Part shown: positions 9,125 to 19,148 of the stretch, piece after piece
Numbering within the stretch: position 1 is the first letter of the stretch
How the letters are laid out: each line of letters begins with the position of its first letter
Assembly (NCBI RefSeq): GCF_029245835.1
Contig: NZ_JAQWOO010000033.1
Location: forward strand, 2,447-66,446
DNA from: Algibacter sp.
GTDB taxonomy: Bacteria; Bacteroidota; Bacteroidia; Flavobacteriales; Flavobacteriaceae
DNA length: 64,000 bases
Direction of reading: 5' to 3'
Translations under genes and position numbers: made by a program
The notes under the pieces: model-generated
Told to the model about the DNA's origin: nothing
Seen by the model: the letters and a program-made list of their open reading frames with translations, nothing else
Database searches by the model: none

Positions 9125-10981
9125 ATGATTGCTGAAAAAAACAAAATACAACCCGAAGTTCTAGAAGCTGTGGTTATAAGATTTGTTGGAGATTCTGGTG
9201 ATGGGATGCAGTTAACTGGAACGCAATTTTCTGATACTTCTGCAATGATTGGAAATGATGTGTCAACGTTTCCTAATTACCCTTCAGAAATTAGAGCACC
9301 TCAAGGAAGTTTATATGGTGTTTCTGGCTTTCAAGTTCATATCGGTAGTGTAGAGATTAGTACACCTGGCGATGATGTAGATTTATTGGTAGCTATGAAT
9401 CCTGCGGGTTTAAAAACGAATCTTTATGCGGTTAAGCCAGGGCATACCATTATAATAGATACCGATTCGTTTAGTAAAAAGAATTTAGAGAAAGCGAAAT
9501 ATGAAACAAATCCGCTCGAAGATGGAAGTCTTGATAATTATCGAGTCATTGAAGTCGCTATTTCATCGCTTACAAAAGAAGCTTTAAAGGATGTTGAGGG
9601 CTTAGATAATAAGACCATTACGAGAAGTAAAAATATGTTTGCTCTAGGAATAGTGTATTGGATGTATGACCGTTCTACAGACCATACGATAGACTTTTTT
9701 AATAAAAAATTTGCATCTAAACCACATCTTATAGAAGCGAATACTAAAGTGTTAAATACAGGTTTTTATTTTGCAGAAACATTAGAGCTAATTCCTAACT
9801 CATATACAATATCACCAGCAAGTATGCCTGCTGGTACGTATAGAATTATTAGTGGTAATACAGCTACAGCTTGGGGTTTTTTAGCAGCAGCTGAAAAATC
9901 GGGTATAGAATTATTTTTAGGGTCTTATCCTATAACACCAGCTACCGATATATTACATGAATTAGTTAAGCACAAACATTTTGGAGTAAAGGCTTTTCAG
10001 GCAGAAGATGAAATTGCTGGAATAACATCAGCTATTGGAGCATCATTTGCAGGAGATTTAGCAATCACAACCACATCTGGTCCAGGTTTGGCTTTAAAAA
10101 GTGAAGCTCTAGGATTAGCTATGATGGTGGAACTTCCATTGGTTGTAGTAAATGTTCAAAGAGGAGGTCCATCAACAGGGTTACCAACCAAAACAGAGCA
10201 GTCTGATTTATTGCAAGCCATGTATGGCAGAAATGGTGAAAGCCCAGTAATTGTAATGGCAGCAAGTACACCTTCAGATTGTTTTAAATATGCATACGAA
10301 GCTGCTAAACTGGCTTTAGAACATATGACTCCAGTTATATTGCTTACCGATGGATACATTGCTAATGGCTCTGAACCTTGGTTAATTAAATCGGTTGCTG
10401 AAATGCCAGAAATAAAAAATAATAGAATAAACGAAGTCAAAGAAAATTGGCATCCGTATGATAGAGATAAAGAAACCCTAGCTCGTGATTGGGCAGTTCC
10501 AGGTACTTTTGGATTGGAACATAGAATTGGAGGCTTGGAAAAAGATAAAATTACGGGAGACGTGTCTCATGTTCCAGAGAATCATGAATACATGACTAAA
10601 ATTAGGGCTGAAAAAATTAAACGTGTTGAAAATTACATCCCTGAATTAGAAACTGAATTTGCCAAAACTGGGGATTTACTTGTTGTTGGATGGGGAGGAA
10701 CATATGGTAGTTTACATTCTGCAGTAAAACAATTAAATGAAAAAGGCTATGACAAGATTGGATATGCACATTTTAATTATATAAACCCGTTGCCAAAAAA
10801 TACGGAAGCCATTTTGCGTCAATTTAAAAAAATTGTGGTGTGCGAGTTAAATAATGGTCAGTTTGCTAGTATTTTAAAAATGAATTTTAATAAGTATGAC
10901 TTTTTGCAATTCAATAAAATTCAAGGCTTACCATTTGGGAATACAGAACTTACAGAGAAATTTAAACATTTGCTAAGTTAA
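9125..10981 (+). CDS. korA: 2-oxoacid (2-oxoglutarate):ferredoxin oxidoreductase, alpha subunit
   Basis: The VIRFVGDSGDGMQLTG N-terminal motif is typical of KorA. I prefer the ATG at 9125 to the TTG at 9071 in the track, because the extra 18 aa are hydrophobic and unlike KorA. Confidence 0.85.
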   Translation: MIAEKNKIQPEVLEAVVIRFVGDSGDGMQLTGTQFSDTSAMIGNDVSTFPNYPSEIRAPQGSLYGVSGFQVHIGSVEISTPGDDVDLLVAMNPAGLKTNLYAVKPGHTIIIDTDSFSKKNLEKAKYETNPLEDGSLDNYRVIEVAISSLTKEALKDVEGLDNKTITRSKNMFALGIVYWMYDRSTDHTIDFFNKKFASKPHLIEANTKVLNTGFYFAETLELIPNSYTISPASMPAGTYRIISGNTATAWGFLAAAEKSGIELFLGSYPITPATDILHELVKHKHFGVKAFQAEDEIAGITSAIGASFAGDLAITTTSGPGLALKSEALGLAMMVELPLVVVNVQRGGPSTGLPTKTEQSDLLQAMYGRNGESPVIVMAASTPSDCFKYAYEAAKLALEHMTPVILLTDGYIANGSEPWLIKSVAEMPEIKNNRINEVKENWHPYDRDKETLARDWAVPGTFGLEHRIGGLEKDKITGDVSHVPENHEYMTKIRAEKIKRVENYIPELETEFAKTGDLLVVGWGGTYGSLHSAVKQLNEKGYDKIGYAHFNYINPLPKNTEAILRQFKKIVVCELNNGQFASILKMNFNKYDFLQFNKIQGLPFGNTELTEKFKHLLS

Positions 10982-10983
10982 TT

Positions 10984-11997
10984 ATGGAAACAACTGCTAA
11001 AAAAGAATATACGTTTAAAGATTTTGCAAGTAACCAAGAAGTAAGATGGTGCCCTGGTTGCGATGATTACGTTATTTTAAGATCCATGCAAAAAGCACTG
11101 CCAGAAATGGGTGTAAAAAAAGAAGATGTTGTCTTTATTTCAGGTATTGGTTGTTCTTCTCGTTTCCCTTATTATATGGATACTTATGGTATGCATGGTA
11201 TTCATGGTAGAGCTCCAGCAATTGCATCTGGTGTGAAGTTAGCAAACCCAGATTTAAGTGTTTGGGTAGTTACTGGTGATGGCGATTCAATGGCTATAGG
11301 AGGAAATCATTTTATTCATGTATTACGAAGAAATATCGACTTAAATATTTTGCTTTTTAATAACGAAATCTATGGTTTAACTAAAGGTCAGTTTTCGCCA
11401 ACCTCTTTAGTTAGACAAAAAACAAAGTCATCTCCATATGGTAATACACAACCGCCATTTCAACCAGGTGAATTAGCCATTGGAGCTCAAGCACGATTTT
11501 TTGCAAGAATAGGGGGGAATACTCCAAAAGAAATGACGCAAATGTTTATAGATGCCGAAACATTTAATGGGACCTCTTTAATTGAAATATTACAGAACTG
11601 TGTAATTTTTAATGATGGTTGTTTTACACAATATACAGATAAAAATGTTAGGGAAGATCAACAGTTATTTGTTGAAGATGGAGAACCCATGATTTTCGGA
11701 AAAAACAAGGATAAAGGATTGGTGTTAAATGGATTAAAATTAGAAGTTGTAACCATTGGAGAAAATGGCATTACAGAGCAAGATATTTTAGTGCACAATG
11801 CAGGTGAACAAGATCCAACTTTACATCAAATGTTAGTAAGATTAGAATATCCTTTAGTTACTGGAATTATAAGACGTTTTCAAGATGTTACTTTAGAAGA
11901 AAGAGAAGACGCTTTAACTAAAGAAGTGATGGCAAATTCAAAGTTTACAAAAACAGATGATCTCTTCTTCTCGGGTGAAACATATGAAGTAAAATAG
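10984..11997 (+). CDS. korB: 2-oxoacid:ferredoxin oxidoreductase, beta (TPP-binding) subunit
   Basis: 337 aa. WCPGCDDY and GDGDSMAIGGNH TPP motifs. It starts 3 bp after the korA stop. Confidence 0.85.
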   Translation: METTAKKEYTFKDFASNQEVRWCPGCDDYVILRSMQKALPEMGVKKEDVVFISGIGCSSRFPYYMDTYGMHGIHGRAPAIASGVKLANPDLSVWVVTGDGDSMAIGGNHFIHVLRRNIDLNILLFNNEIYGLTKGQFSPTSLVRQKTKSSPYGNTQPPFQPGELAIGAQARFFARIGGNTPKEMTQMFIDAETFNGTSLIEILQNCVIFNDGCFTQYTDKNVREDQQLFVEDGEPMIFGKNKDKGLVLNGLKLEVVTIGENGITEQDILVHNAGEQDPTLHQMLVRLEYPLVTGIIRRFQDVTLEEREDALTKEVMANSKFTKTDDLFFSGETYEVK

Positions 11998-12116
11998 TTT
12001 GATTTCAGTTGTTTTTATCGTGTTAATAATATTGAATAACTTCATGCTGAATTTGGTTATTTTAAATAAGAAATGGTGTTCTAAAACCTAGTTTTTATCG
12101 ACCTCAATAAAAAGAT

Positions 12117-12851
12117 ATGAAAAGCAATAGCCAATTTTTTGATGAACTTTCCGATGATTATGATTTGATGATTGATTTTGAGAGAGCACTAAAAAATAAA
12201 ATTTCCTTCATAAAAAACTTTCTTGCAATTAATTATAAAACAGCCCTTGATTTAGGTTGTGGCACTGGGGCAGATGCTATTGCCTTGTCAAAACTGGGAA
12301 TACAAGTTGATGCCGTTGACCACTCTAGAGGAATGTTGCAACAAGCCATGAAAAATGCAAAAAATTTTGATGCCGATATTAATTTTATTGAATCTGGATT
12401 AACAGCGTTCAATCCAAAAAACAAAGATTACGATTTTATCGTATCCTTGGGTAATACCATTGCTAATATTAATGTGTTAGAATTAAGGAAATTAATGTCA
12501 AAAATATCCGTTATGTTAAATAATGGCGGAAGTGCATTATTGCAAATTGTAAATTATGCTAAACTACCCGAAAGTGGCAACCATATACTTAATGTATTTG
12601 AAAATGATGAAGTATCCATAATCAGGAAATACAAAATGAATAAGAATGATTTAGATTTTACCATCGATAAAATTGATAAGAAAAGCCAACAGAAAAGTCA
12701 AATTATAACGAAATTATACCGGCATTCAGAAAGTGATTTCAATATAATGGCGAAAGAAATGGGTTTTAAAATTGAATTCTATGGGGATCTAAAGAAACAA
12801 CCTTTTAATCCTGATGAATCAACGAATCTTGTAGTTGTGTTAAAGAAATAA
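12117..12851 (+). CDS. Class I SAM-dependent methyltransferase
   Basis: 244 aa with motif I LDLGCGTGADAIAL. Confidence 0.7.
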   Translation: MKSNSQFFDELSDDYDLMIDFERALKNKISFIKNFLAINYKTALDLGCGTGADAIALSKLGIQVDAVDHSRGMLQQAMKNAKNFDADINFIESGLTAFNPKNKDYDFIVSLGNTIANINVLELRKLMSKISVMLNNGGSALLQIVNYAKLPESGNHILNVFENDEVSIIRKYKMNKNDLDFTIDKIDKKSQQKSQIITKLYRHSESDFNIMAKEMGFKIEFYGDLKKQPFNPDESTNLVVVLKK

Positions 12852-12891
12852 CACAGAATTTACATATAAATGGATTATTCCAATTACAACC

Positions 12892-13467
12892 CTAAACCAA
12901 CGCCGTAAACCCTAAAAAAGCTAGTGATAAAAGCCCTGCTACTAACAAGTTGATAGGAACACCTTTCATACCTTCTGGAATATTAGCAAGTTCTAGTTGT
13001 TCTCTTATACTTGCAAAAACAATTAAAGCTAAAGCGAATCCAATAGAGTTTGAAATTGCAAAAAACACAGCTTTTATTAAACTGCTATTTTCCAATCCTA
13101 ATGCTAATATTGCGACACCTAAAACAGCACAGTTGGTAGTAATTAAAGGAAGAAAAACACCTAACGCTTGATATAAGGGCGGACTTACCTTTTTCAGAAT
13201 AATTTCAACCATCTGCACTAACGCCGCAATTACCAAAATAAACGTGATGGTTCTTAAATAATTTAATCCAGCAGGAACTAAAATATATTCATGTAATAAA
13301 TAAGTCACTGTTGTGGCTATAGTCATCACAAATAATACGGCGCCAGACATGCCTATAGACGTCGATACTTTGTTAGAAACACCTAAAAATGGACATATCC
13401 CTAAAAACTGCGACAATACAATATTGTTTACAAAAACGGCTGCTATAAGTATTAAAATATATTCCAT
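12892..13467 (-). CDS. rnfA: Rnf electron-transport complex subunit A
   Basis: 191-aa polytopic membrane protein, last gene of the rseC-rnfBCDGEA run, with an RnfA/NqrE-like pattern. Confidence 0.8.
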   Translation of the reverse strand: MEYILILIAAVFVNNIVLSQFLGICPFLGVSNKVSTSIGMSGAVLFVMTIATTVTYLLHEYILVPAGLNYLRTITFILVIAALVQMVEIILKKVSPPLYQALGVFLPLITTNCAVLGVAILALGLENSSLIKAVFFAISNSIGFALALIVFASIREQLELANIPEGMKGVPINLLVAGLLSLAFLGFTALV

Positions 13468-13470
13468 GTG

Positions 13471-14073
13471 TTATTTTGTTTTAGATACTTTATTGAACAA
13501 AACGGATAGATAAGCCAAAGCAATAAAAGCGCCTGGTGGCAAGATGAAAAGTATTAAAGTGTTGGCATCTTCTGAAACGAAACGGAAATCAAATAGGCTA
13601 CCGCTTCCTAATATTTCACGCACTGCGCCTAAAGCCGTTAAAGCAATTGTAAATCCAATTCCCATACCTAAGGCATCAACTATAGATGATACTACATCAT
13701 TTTTTGACGCAAATGCCTCAGCACGACCTAATATCAAACAGTTTACTACTATTAATGGGATGAAAATTCCGAGTTGTTCAAATAAGAAAGGGATGTAGGC
13801 TTCTAAAACCATCTCAACAATAGTAACAAAAGAAGCAATAATGATAATAAATGCAGGAATCCTAACCTTACTTGGTATTTGAGATTTAATCAAGGATACC
13901 ACAATATTCGACATTAATAACACAAATAATGTTGCAACTCCCATTCCCAATCCGTTAAAAGCTGATGAGGTAACACCCAAAGTTGGACACATACCTAACA
14001 ACATCACAAAAACAGGATTGTCTTTTATAATCCCTTTTAAAAAGTTTTCCTTTTGAGTTAATTTCTCTGCCAT
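13471..14073 (-). CDS. rnfE: Rnf complex subunit E
   Basis: 200-aa membrane protein. NPVFVMLLGMCP motif typical of RnfE/NqrD. Confidence 0.8.
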   Translation of the reverse strand: MAEKLTQKENFLKGIIKDNPVFVMLLGMCPTLGVTSSAFNGLGMGVATLFVLLMSNIVVSLIKSQIPSKVRIPAFIIIIASFVTIVEMVLEAYIPFLFEQLGIFIPLIVVNCLILGRAEAFASKNDVVSSIVDALGMGIGFTIALTALGAVREILGSGSLFDFRFVSEDANTLILFILPPGAFIALAYLSVLFNKVSKTK

Positions 14074-14078
14074 AATAT

Positions 14079-14663
14079 CTAATTTTTAGATGGGTTAGTT
14101 TTTATAAACACATCGTAAGCCATTTGGGCAGCTTCACCAAAAGCACGAGTAGAAATAGTTGCTCCGGTTAAAGCATCAATGTCACCACCATCTTTTGTAG
14201 GTTTTAAATTGAATTTTGATGGTTTTTTACCTCTAAACTGTCTCATGAATTTTTCATCCTTCATTTTTGTTCCCAATCCTGGTGTTTCCTTTTGTTCAAG
14301 CACTACAATATTTTTGATACTTTTATCAGGATTAAATCCCACCATTATTTTTACCAAGCCACTATAACCTTTTTCGGAAGAACCAATAACTGCCGTTCCT
14401 ATAGGTTGGTCATCAAAAGTTCCCATATAAACTTCGATACTATCTTTGGTTTTATCAGATTTAAGCATTAAAACTTCTTCAACAGGATTGTTATTAAATT
14501 CTGGTAAAACTTGTTTTAAGGCGTTTATCTTTCGTTCTAATTTTGCTTTTGCTTTTGGACCCTCAGTGATATCATTTATAAAACCAAGAGACGCACCTGC
14601 AACAATTGTAATTACAAAAAGAGCCATAGTCATATTAAAAAAAGTAGATTCCTTTTTACTCAT
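14079..14663 (-). CDS. rnfG: Rnf complex subunit G (FMN-binding)
   Basis: 194 aa. N-terminal membrane anchor and the covalent-FMN motif D..TGATISTRA. Confidence 0.8.
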   Translation of the reverse strand: MSKKESTFFNMTMALFVITIVAGASLGFINDITEGPKAKAKLERKINALKQVLPEFNNNPVEEVLMLKSDKTKDSIEVYMGTFDDQPIGTAVIGSSEKGYSGLVKIMVGFNPDKSIKNIVVLEQKETPGLGTKMKDEKFMRQFRGKKPSKFNLKPTKDGGDIDALTGATISTRAFGEAAQMAYDVFIKTNPSKN

Positions 14664-14665
14664 AA

Positions 14666-15670
14666 TTACATGATTTTTGATTTTATTTTATTTCCAAATC
14701 GTCTTGGTTTAAAATACTTGTCTATAAGCGGTACAAAGGCATTCATAATTAAAATGGCGAATGATACGCCTTCAGGATAAGCGCCAAATAATCTTATGAC
14801 TACGGTTATGATTGCAATTCCTATGGCGAAAATCACCATGCCTTTTTTGGTCATTGGGCTAGTGACTAAATCGGTCGCCATATAAAAAGCTCCTAAAATA
14901 GCACCACCAGATAAAATATGAATTAATGGATTGGCGTACAGCTCTGGATTCACTAACCAGAAAACCCCAGTCATAACTGCCATGGTTACTAATATGGTGA
15001 CAGGAATGTGCCAAGTAATCACTTTCCTTACAATTAAAAATAAACCTCCAAGAAGTAACGCCAATGCAGACATTTCTCCAGCTGATCCACTAGTTATACC
15101 AAGCAATAATTCCATTACAGAAGGGATTTTTTCGCTAATGGTAGTCATGGTTTCTCCATACATTAAACCTTCTTTGATGATTCCCAAAGTAGTTTCGCCA
15201 GTAACGGCATCTAACGACAAATAATTTTCAACTGCAATAGGCCATGAGGTCATTTGTACAGGGAAACAAACCAATAAGAATACACGACCAACAAGCGCTG
15301 GATTAAAAATGTTATAACCCAAACCTCCAAAGGATAGTTTTGCGACTCCTATGGCAATAAAAGCACCAATAATAATCATCCAGATAGGTAAGTTAGATGG
15401 TAAATTGAATGCTAAAAGTATTCCTGTTATCAATGCTGAACCATCCGCAATTGCAATTTCTGTTTTTAAAAGATATTTTTGAATGAGATATTCAAATACA
15501 ATACAAGATATAACAGCAACTGATGTGAGTATTAAAGCGTTTATTCCGAAGACATAAATGGATACCAAAAAAGCTGGAATTAAGGCATAAAGCACATCAT
15601 ACATAACTCTTTTCGATGTTCTATCTGAATGCACATGTGGTGAGGCTGAAATAATAATTGGATCTGCCAT
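14666..15670 (-). CDS. rnfD: Rnf complex subunit D
   Basis: 334-aa polytopic protein. SPH N-terminal motif and a C-terminal YPEGVSFAILIMN motif (RnfD/NqrB). Confidence 0.8.
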   Translation of the reverse strand: MADPIIISASPHVHSDRTSKRVMYDVLYALIPAFLVSIYVFGINALILTSVAVISCIVFEYLIQKYLLKTEIAIADGSALITGILLAFNLPSNLPIWMIIIGAFIAIGVAKLSFGGLGYNIFNPALVGRVFLLVCFPVQMTSWPIAVENYLSLDAVTGETTLGIIKEGLMYGETMTTISEKIPSVMELLLGITSGSAGEMSALALLLGGLFLIVRKVITWHIPVTILVTMAVMTGVFWLVNPELYANPLIHILSGGAILGAFYMATDLVTSPMTKKGMVIFAIGIAIITVVIRLFGAYPEGVSFAILIMNAFVPLIDKYFKPRRFGNKIKSKIM

Positions 15671-15671
15671 A

Positions 15672-17000
15672 TTAGTTCTTTGCAGTGTTTAATTTTTTAA
15701 TAATACTTTTTCCAAATCTTATGTAGTCTAATAGAGGTCTGTGAGAAGGACAAACATAACTGCAAGAGCCACACTCAATACAAGTCATAATATCTTCAGA
15801 TGCAGCACGTTCGTATAGACCTTTTTCCGATAAATTCATTAACAAATGAGGTTCTAATCCCATTGGGCAAACAAATACACAGTGACCACAGCGAATACAG
15901 TTTTTAGGGTCTTGTCTGCTTGCTTCATCTTCAGATATAACTAAAATTCCAGAGGTGCCTTTAGTAACAGGAACGTCAGTATTTTTAATGGCTTTGCCCA
16001 TCATAGGCCCACCATTCACTATTTTTCGGGTGCCTTCTGGTAAGCCACCAACTTCGGCAACTAAATCCTTGATTGGTGTTCCTATTTTCACCCAAAAATT
16101 AGAGGCATTTTCAATTTTTTTCCCTGTAACGGTAACCACGCGCTCGATTAGTGGTTGATCGTATTGAACCGCTAGATAAATAGAGAAAATGGTTCCCACA
16201 TTGTGCACAATCACACCAACATCCATTGGTAGTCCGCCTTTAGGTACTTCGCGTTTTAGAATGGCTTTAATAAGTTGTTTTTCACTGCCTTGGGGATATT
16301 TAACTTGTAGTGCGGCAACTTTAATTCTTTTGTCAGATTGCCCCGCTCTTTTTAAAGCTTTAACCGCATCTTTTTTGTTGTTTTCAATGCCAATTACGGC
16401 TTCATTAATATGTAAGGCATGCATTAATATTTGAATCCCAACAATAATCTCATCTGCTCTTTCAAGCATTAATCTATGGTCGGCAGTTAAATAAGGTTCG
16501 CACTCTACACCATTAATAATCAAACAATCGACTTTGTTGTCATTTTTGAGATCTAGCTTAACATGCGACGGAAATGTAGCGCCTCCCAAACCTACAATAC
16601 CAGAATCTGTAATGTGTTTTAGAATATCCTTTTGCCCCATAGTAATTTCCTTTTTTAAAGGAAAATCCTGAACCTCAAAATTTGATTCGTTTTTAACATC
16701 AGTTCTTATAACGATGCATTGTTTTTTATAACCACTTGTATCAACAATCATATCAAGTTTTGTAACCGTTCCAGCAACAGGAGAATGTATATTAGATGAT
16801 ACAAACCCACCAGACTTGGCTATAACTTGTCCAATTTCAACTTTATCTTTTCTGTCAACAATAATTTCAGAAGGAATTCCAATATGTTGTGCTATAGGAA
16901 CATAGACAACCTTTGGGACGGGCATCCTTTTAATTGCTTTTGAAGACGTAATTTTGTTTTCTGCAGGATGAATCCCCCCTTTTGGAAATGTTTTAAGCAT
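15672..17000 (-). CDS. rnfC: Rnf complex subunit C
   Basis: 442 aa. Two 4Fe-4S motifs (CIRCGHCVFVCP, CIECGSCSYVCP) and a GLGGATFP nucleotide-binding region. Confidence 0.85.
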   Translation of the reverse strand: MLKTFPKGGIHPAENKITSSKAIKRMPVPKVVYVPIAQHIGIPSEIIVDRKDKVEIGQVIAKSGGFVSSNIHSPVAGTVTKLDMIVDTSGYKKQCIVIRTDVKNESNFEVQDFPLKKEITMGQKDILKHITDSGIVGLGGATFPSHVKLDLKNDNKVDCLIINGVECEPYLTADHRLMLERADEIIVGIQILMHALHINEAVIGIENNKKDAVKALKRAGQSDKRIKVAALQVKYPQGSEKQLIKAILKREVPKGGLPMDVGVIVHNVGTIFSIYLAVQYDQPLIERVVTVTGKKIENASNFWVKIGTPIKDLVAEVGGLPEGTRKIVNGGPMMGKAIKNTDVPVTKGTSGILVISEDEASRQDPKNCIRCGHCVFVCPMGLEPHLLMNLSEKGLYERAASEDIMTCIECGSCSYVCPSHRPLLDYIRFGKSIIKKLNTAKN

Positions 17001-17925
17001 CTGTTTTTGGTTTTTCTGATTCTACATTCGTGTTAGCTACAGTTACTTTTTTTATGGCTTGTTTTTCCACTTTCGGTTTGTCTTCTTTTGGTTTTTTTAC
17101 CTTTTTTGGAGGGAAGTTTGTTTCTATAATAGAATGTGTTGGGCAAACCTCTACACATTTTCTACAAAGGGTACATGCTATAGGATCGATATAGGCCAAA
17201 GTATCGGTCATAATCACAGCATCTTTAGGACAAATATCTTCACATTTTGAGCAACCTATACAAGCAACATCACAAGCCTTTTTAGCAATACCTGCTTTAT
17301 CTTGGTTTAAGCATCCAACAAATATTTTTAGGTCGCGTTTGTTACGTGGACGCATTTCAATAATATCTCTTGGGCAAGCTTTTACACAAGCGCCACAAGA
17401 CGTACATTTATCTGTGATAATTACGGGTAAACCTGTATTTTCATCCATGCACATAGCATCAAAATCGCACACCGCAACACAATCGCCATCTCCTAAACAA
17501 CCATATTGACAATCGGTTTCCCCGCCATAAACCATAGCAGAAATAGCGCAGGTTCTGGGGCCTTGATATAAGGTTGTTTTTGGTCTAACTTCACAAGCAC
17601 CTTGGCATAGTAAAACAGCAACAGTTGGGTCTTGTTCTGCAACTTCTTTTCCTAAAATGGCAGACACCTGCTTCATAACATCATTACCACCAACCGGACA
17701 GAATAACTCAGAGATATCCTCTGTGTTAACAAGCTTTTCAGCAAAGGCCTTACATCCTGGAGAACCACAGCCACCGCAATTGGCGGCAGGAAGTATGTCG
17801 TCTACTTCGCCAATTAGTGGGTCTTCATAAACGTAAAACTTTTTAGAAACTACATACAATACAATAGCCGCTATTATTCCTAAAGAGACTAATAAGAAAA
17901 CACTATATAAGACTGAATCTGACAT
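16993..17925 (-). CDS. rnfB: Rnf complex subunit B (poly-ferredoxin)
   Basis: 310 aa. N-terminal anchor, CGGCGSPGC motif, and several CxxCxxCxxxCP clusters. Confidence 0.8.
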   Translation of the reverse strand: MSDSVLYSVFLLVSLGIIAAIVLYVVSKKFYVYEDPLIGEVDDILPAANCGGCGSPGCKAFAEKLVNTEDISELFCPVGGNDVMKQVSAILGKEVAEQDPTVAVLLCQGACEVRPKTTLYQGPRTCAISAMVYGGETDCQYGCLGDGDCVAVCDFDAMCMDENTGLPVIITDKCTSCGACVKACPRDIIEMRPRNKRDLKIFVGCLNQDKAGIAKKACDVACIGCSKCEDICPKDAVIMTDTLAYIDPIACTLCRKCVEVCPTHSIIETNFPPKKVKKPKEDKPKVEKQAIKKVTVANTNVESEKPKTDA

Positions 17926-17931
17926 GCTTAA

Positions 17932-18360
17932 TTAAATTTTTAAAACGGACATATTAAAGGCGCTTTTAAGAGTGCTTTTAAAATAATAGAGCAATAGGTA
18001 ATAAGGCAATAAGATTAAAAGAGACAACGTTCCAGATAGCCATTCTTTTAAAAAACCAGATGTTATTATTAATGTAAAAAACATTAATATAAAAGGAAAA
18101 ATATAAGCCCAAAACACCGCTTTAAAACCTAAAGACCTTTTTAGAACCACATTTACCTGTTCGTTAATTTTAAACGAAGTATCAGAATTCATTATTTCAA
18201 CGTCTTTGGTTGTAGATTCTGAAATACCACAAGCGGCTTTTGCACGACAAGAGTCACAATGGATATTTTGTTCTAAAGAAACAATAACAGAGTTGCCGGT
18301 TATTTTAGATATAATACCGGAATGTGTAAATACATTGTTATTTGAAACTTCCGAACTCAT
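17932..18360 (-). CDS. rseC: RseC/MucC-family (SoxR-reducing system) membrane protein, first gene of the rnf operon
   Basis: 142 aa. N-terminal Cys pair (CDSCRAKAACG) followed by two TM helices, and its position directly upstream of rnfB. Confidence 0.6.
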   Translation of the reverse strand: MSSEVSNNNVFTHSGIISKITGNSVIVSLEQNIHCDSCRAKAACGISESTTKDVEIMNSDTSFKINEQVNVVLKRSLGFKAVFWAYIFPFILMFFTLIITSGFLKEWLSGTLSLLILLPYYLLLYYFKSTLKSAFNMSVLKI

Positions 18361-18417
18361 AAATGCCTTTTCTATAAATTCAATGCTGAAATTAGTACAT
18401 TTGCACGCGTATTTCTA

Positions 18418-18429
18418 TGATATATGTCA
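18418..18429. promoter_or_regulatory. Degenerate FNR-like box TGATatatGTCA upstream of the rnf operon
   Basis: It has one mismatch to TGAT-N4-ATCA. It sits 58 bp upstream of the rseC ATG, the same distance as the box in front of the ferredoxin gene. Confidence 0.25.
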
Positions 18430-18588
18430 GGTTTAAAAGGCACGATTATTGAAGTATCTATTATATTATATATAATAATAGTAGGGCAAGCCTTGTAAAT
18501 GCTATAAAACTAATTAACCTATTAAATTAGTAGGATTAGTAGGTTTTTAAAACGAATTTACTTATTTTTGCCCCTTAATTTTTTTTAA

Positions 18589-18918
18589 ATGTCAGATATT
18601 ACAATTAAAATAACAGATAGAGAAGGTATTGCACACACTTTAGCAGCACCAACAGATATGGCTATGAACTTAATGGAGGTAGTAAGGTCTTATGAGCTTG
18701 CACCTGAGGGCACCATAGGTGTTTGCGGTGGTATGGCTATGTGTGCTTCTTGCCAATGCTATGTTTTAAGTCAAACCGAATTGCCAGAAATGAGTGATGA
18801 TGAAGAAGCAATGCTATCTGAAGCTTTCGACGTAAAAGATAATAGCCGTTTAGGTTGCCAAATTCAAATTAATCCAGAAATGGAAGGGCTTGAGGTTCAG
18901 CTAGCACCAGAAAGTTAG
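18589..18918 (+). CDS. 2Fe-2S ferredoxin (adrenodoxin/putidaredoxin type)
   Basis: 109 aa. Cys ligands in GVCGGMAMCASCQC ... RLGCQ. Confidence 0.8.
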   Translation: MSDITIKITDREGIAHTLAAPTDMAMNLMEVVRSYELAPEGTIGVCGGMAMCASCQCYVLSQTELPEMSDDEEAMLSEAFDVKDNSRLGCQIQINPEMEGLEVQLAPES

Positions 18919-19005
18919 TGTTCCTGCCTTTCGGCTCTGCTCAATACAAACTTCGGCAGGATTCTTATAAATAAAATCTCAAAAAGTTAAATTTCTTTTC
19001 TTTGT

Positions 19006-19112
19006 GCGTTACACCTCCTAAGGTCGGTGTCGGGCTTTACGTTACAAGTCCTCGCTTCTGCGCTAAGGCGCAAAAGCTGTGGGCTATCCACTGCAATCCC
19101 TAACGCGGGTGT
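19006..19112 (+). repeat. GC-rich intergenic repeat, copy B
   Basis: ...AAGGTCGGTGTCGGGCTTTACG...hairpin TGCGCtaagGCGCA...CAATCCCTAACGC. It has the same termini and orientation as copy A. Confidence 0.6.
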
Positions 19113-19148
19113 ACTTGCTAAAAGCGTTTCTTTATATAAAGGGAGTAA

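Noticed and set aside
18449-18545. AT-only quasi-palindrome CTATTATATTATATATAATAATAG and tandem ATTAGTAGG x2 upstream of the 2Fe-2S ferredoxin gene
   Set aside because: This is low-complexity AT sequence, the palindrome is imperfect, and there is no second occurrence to support a function.
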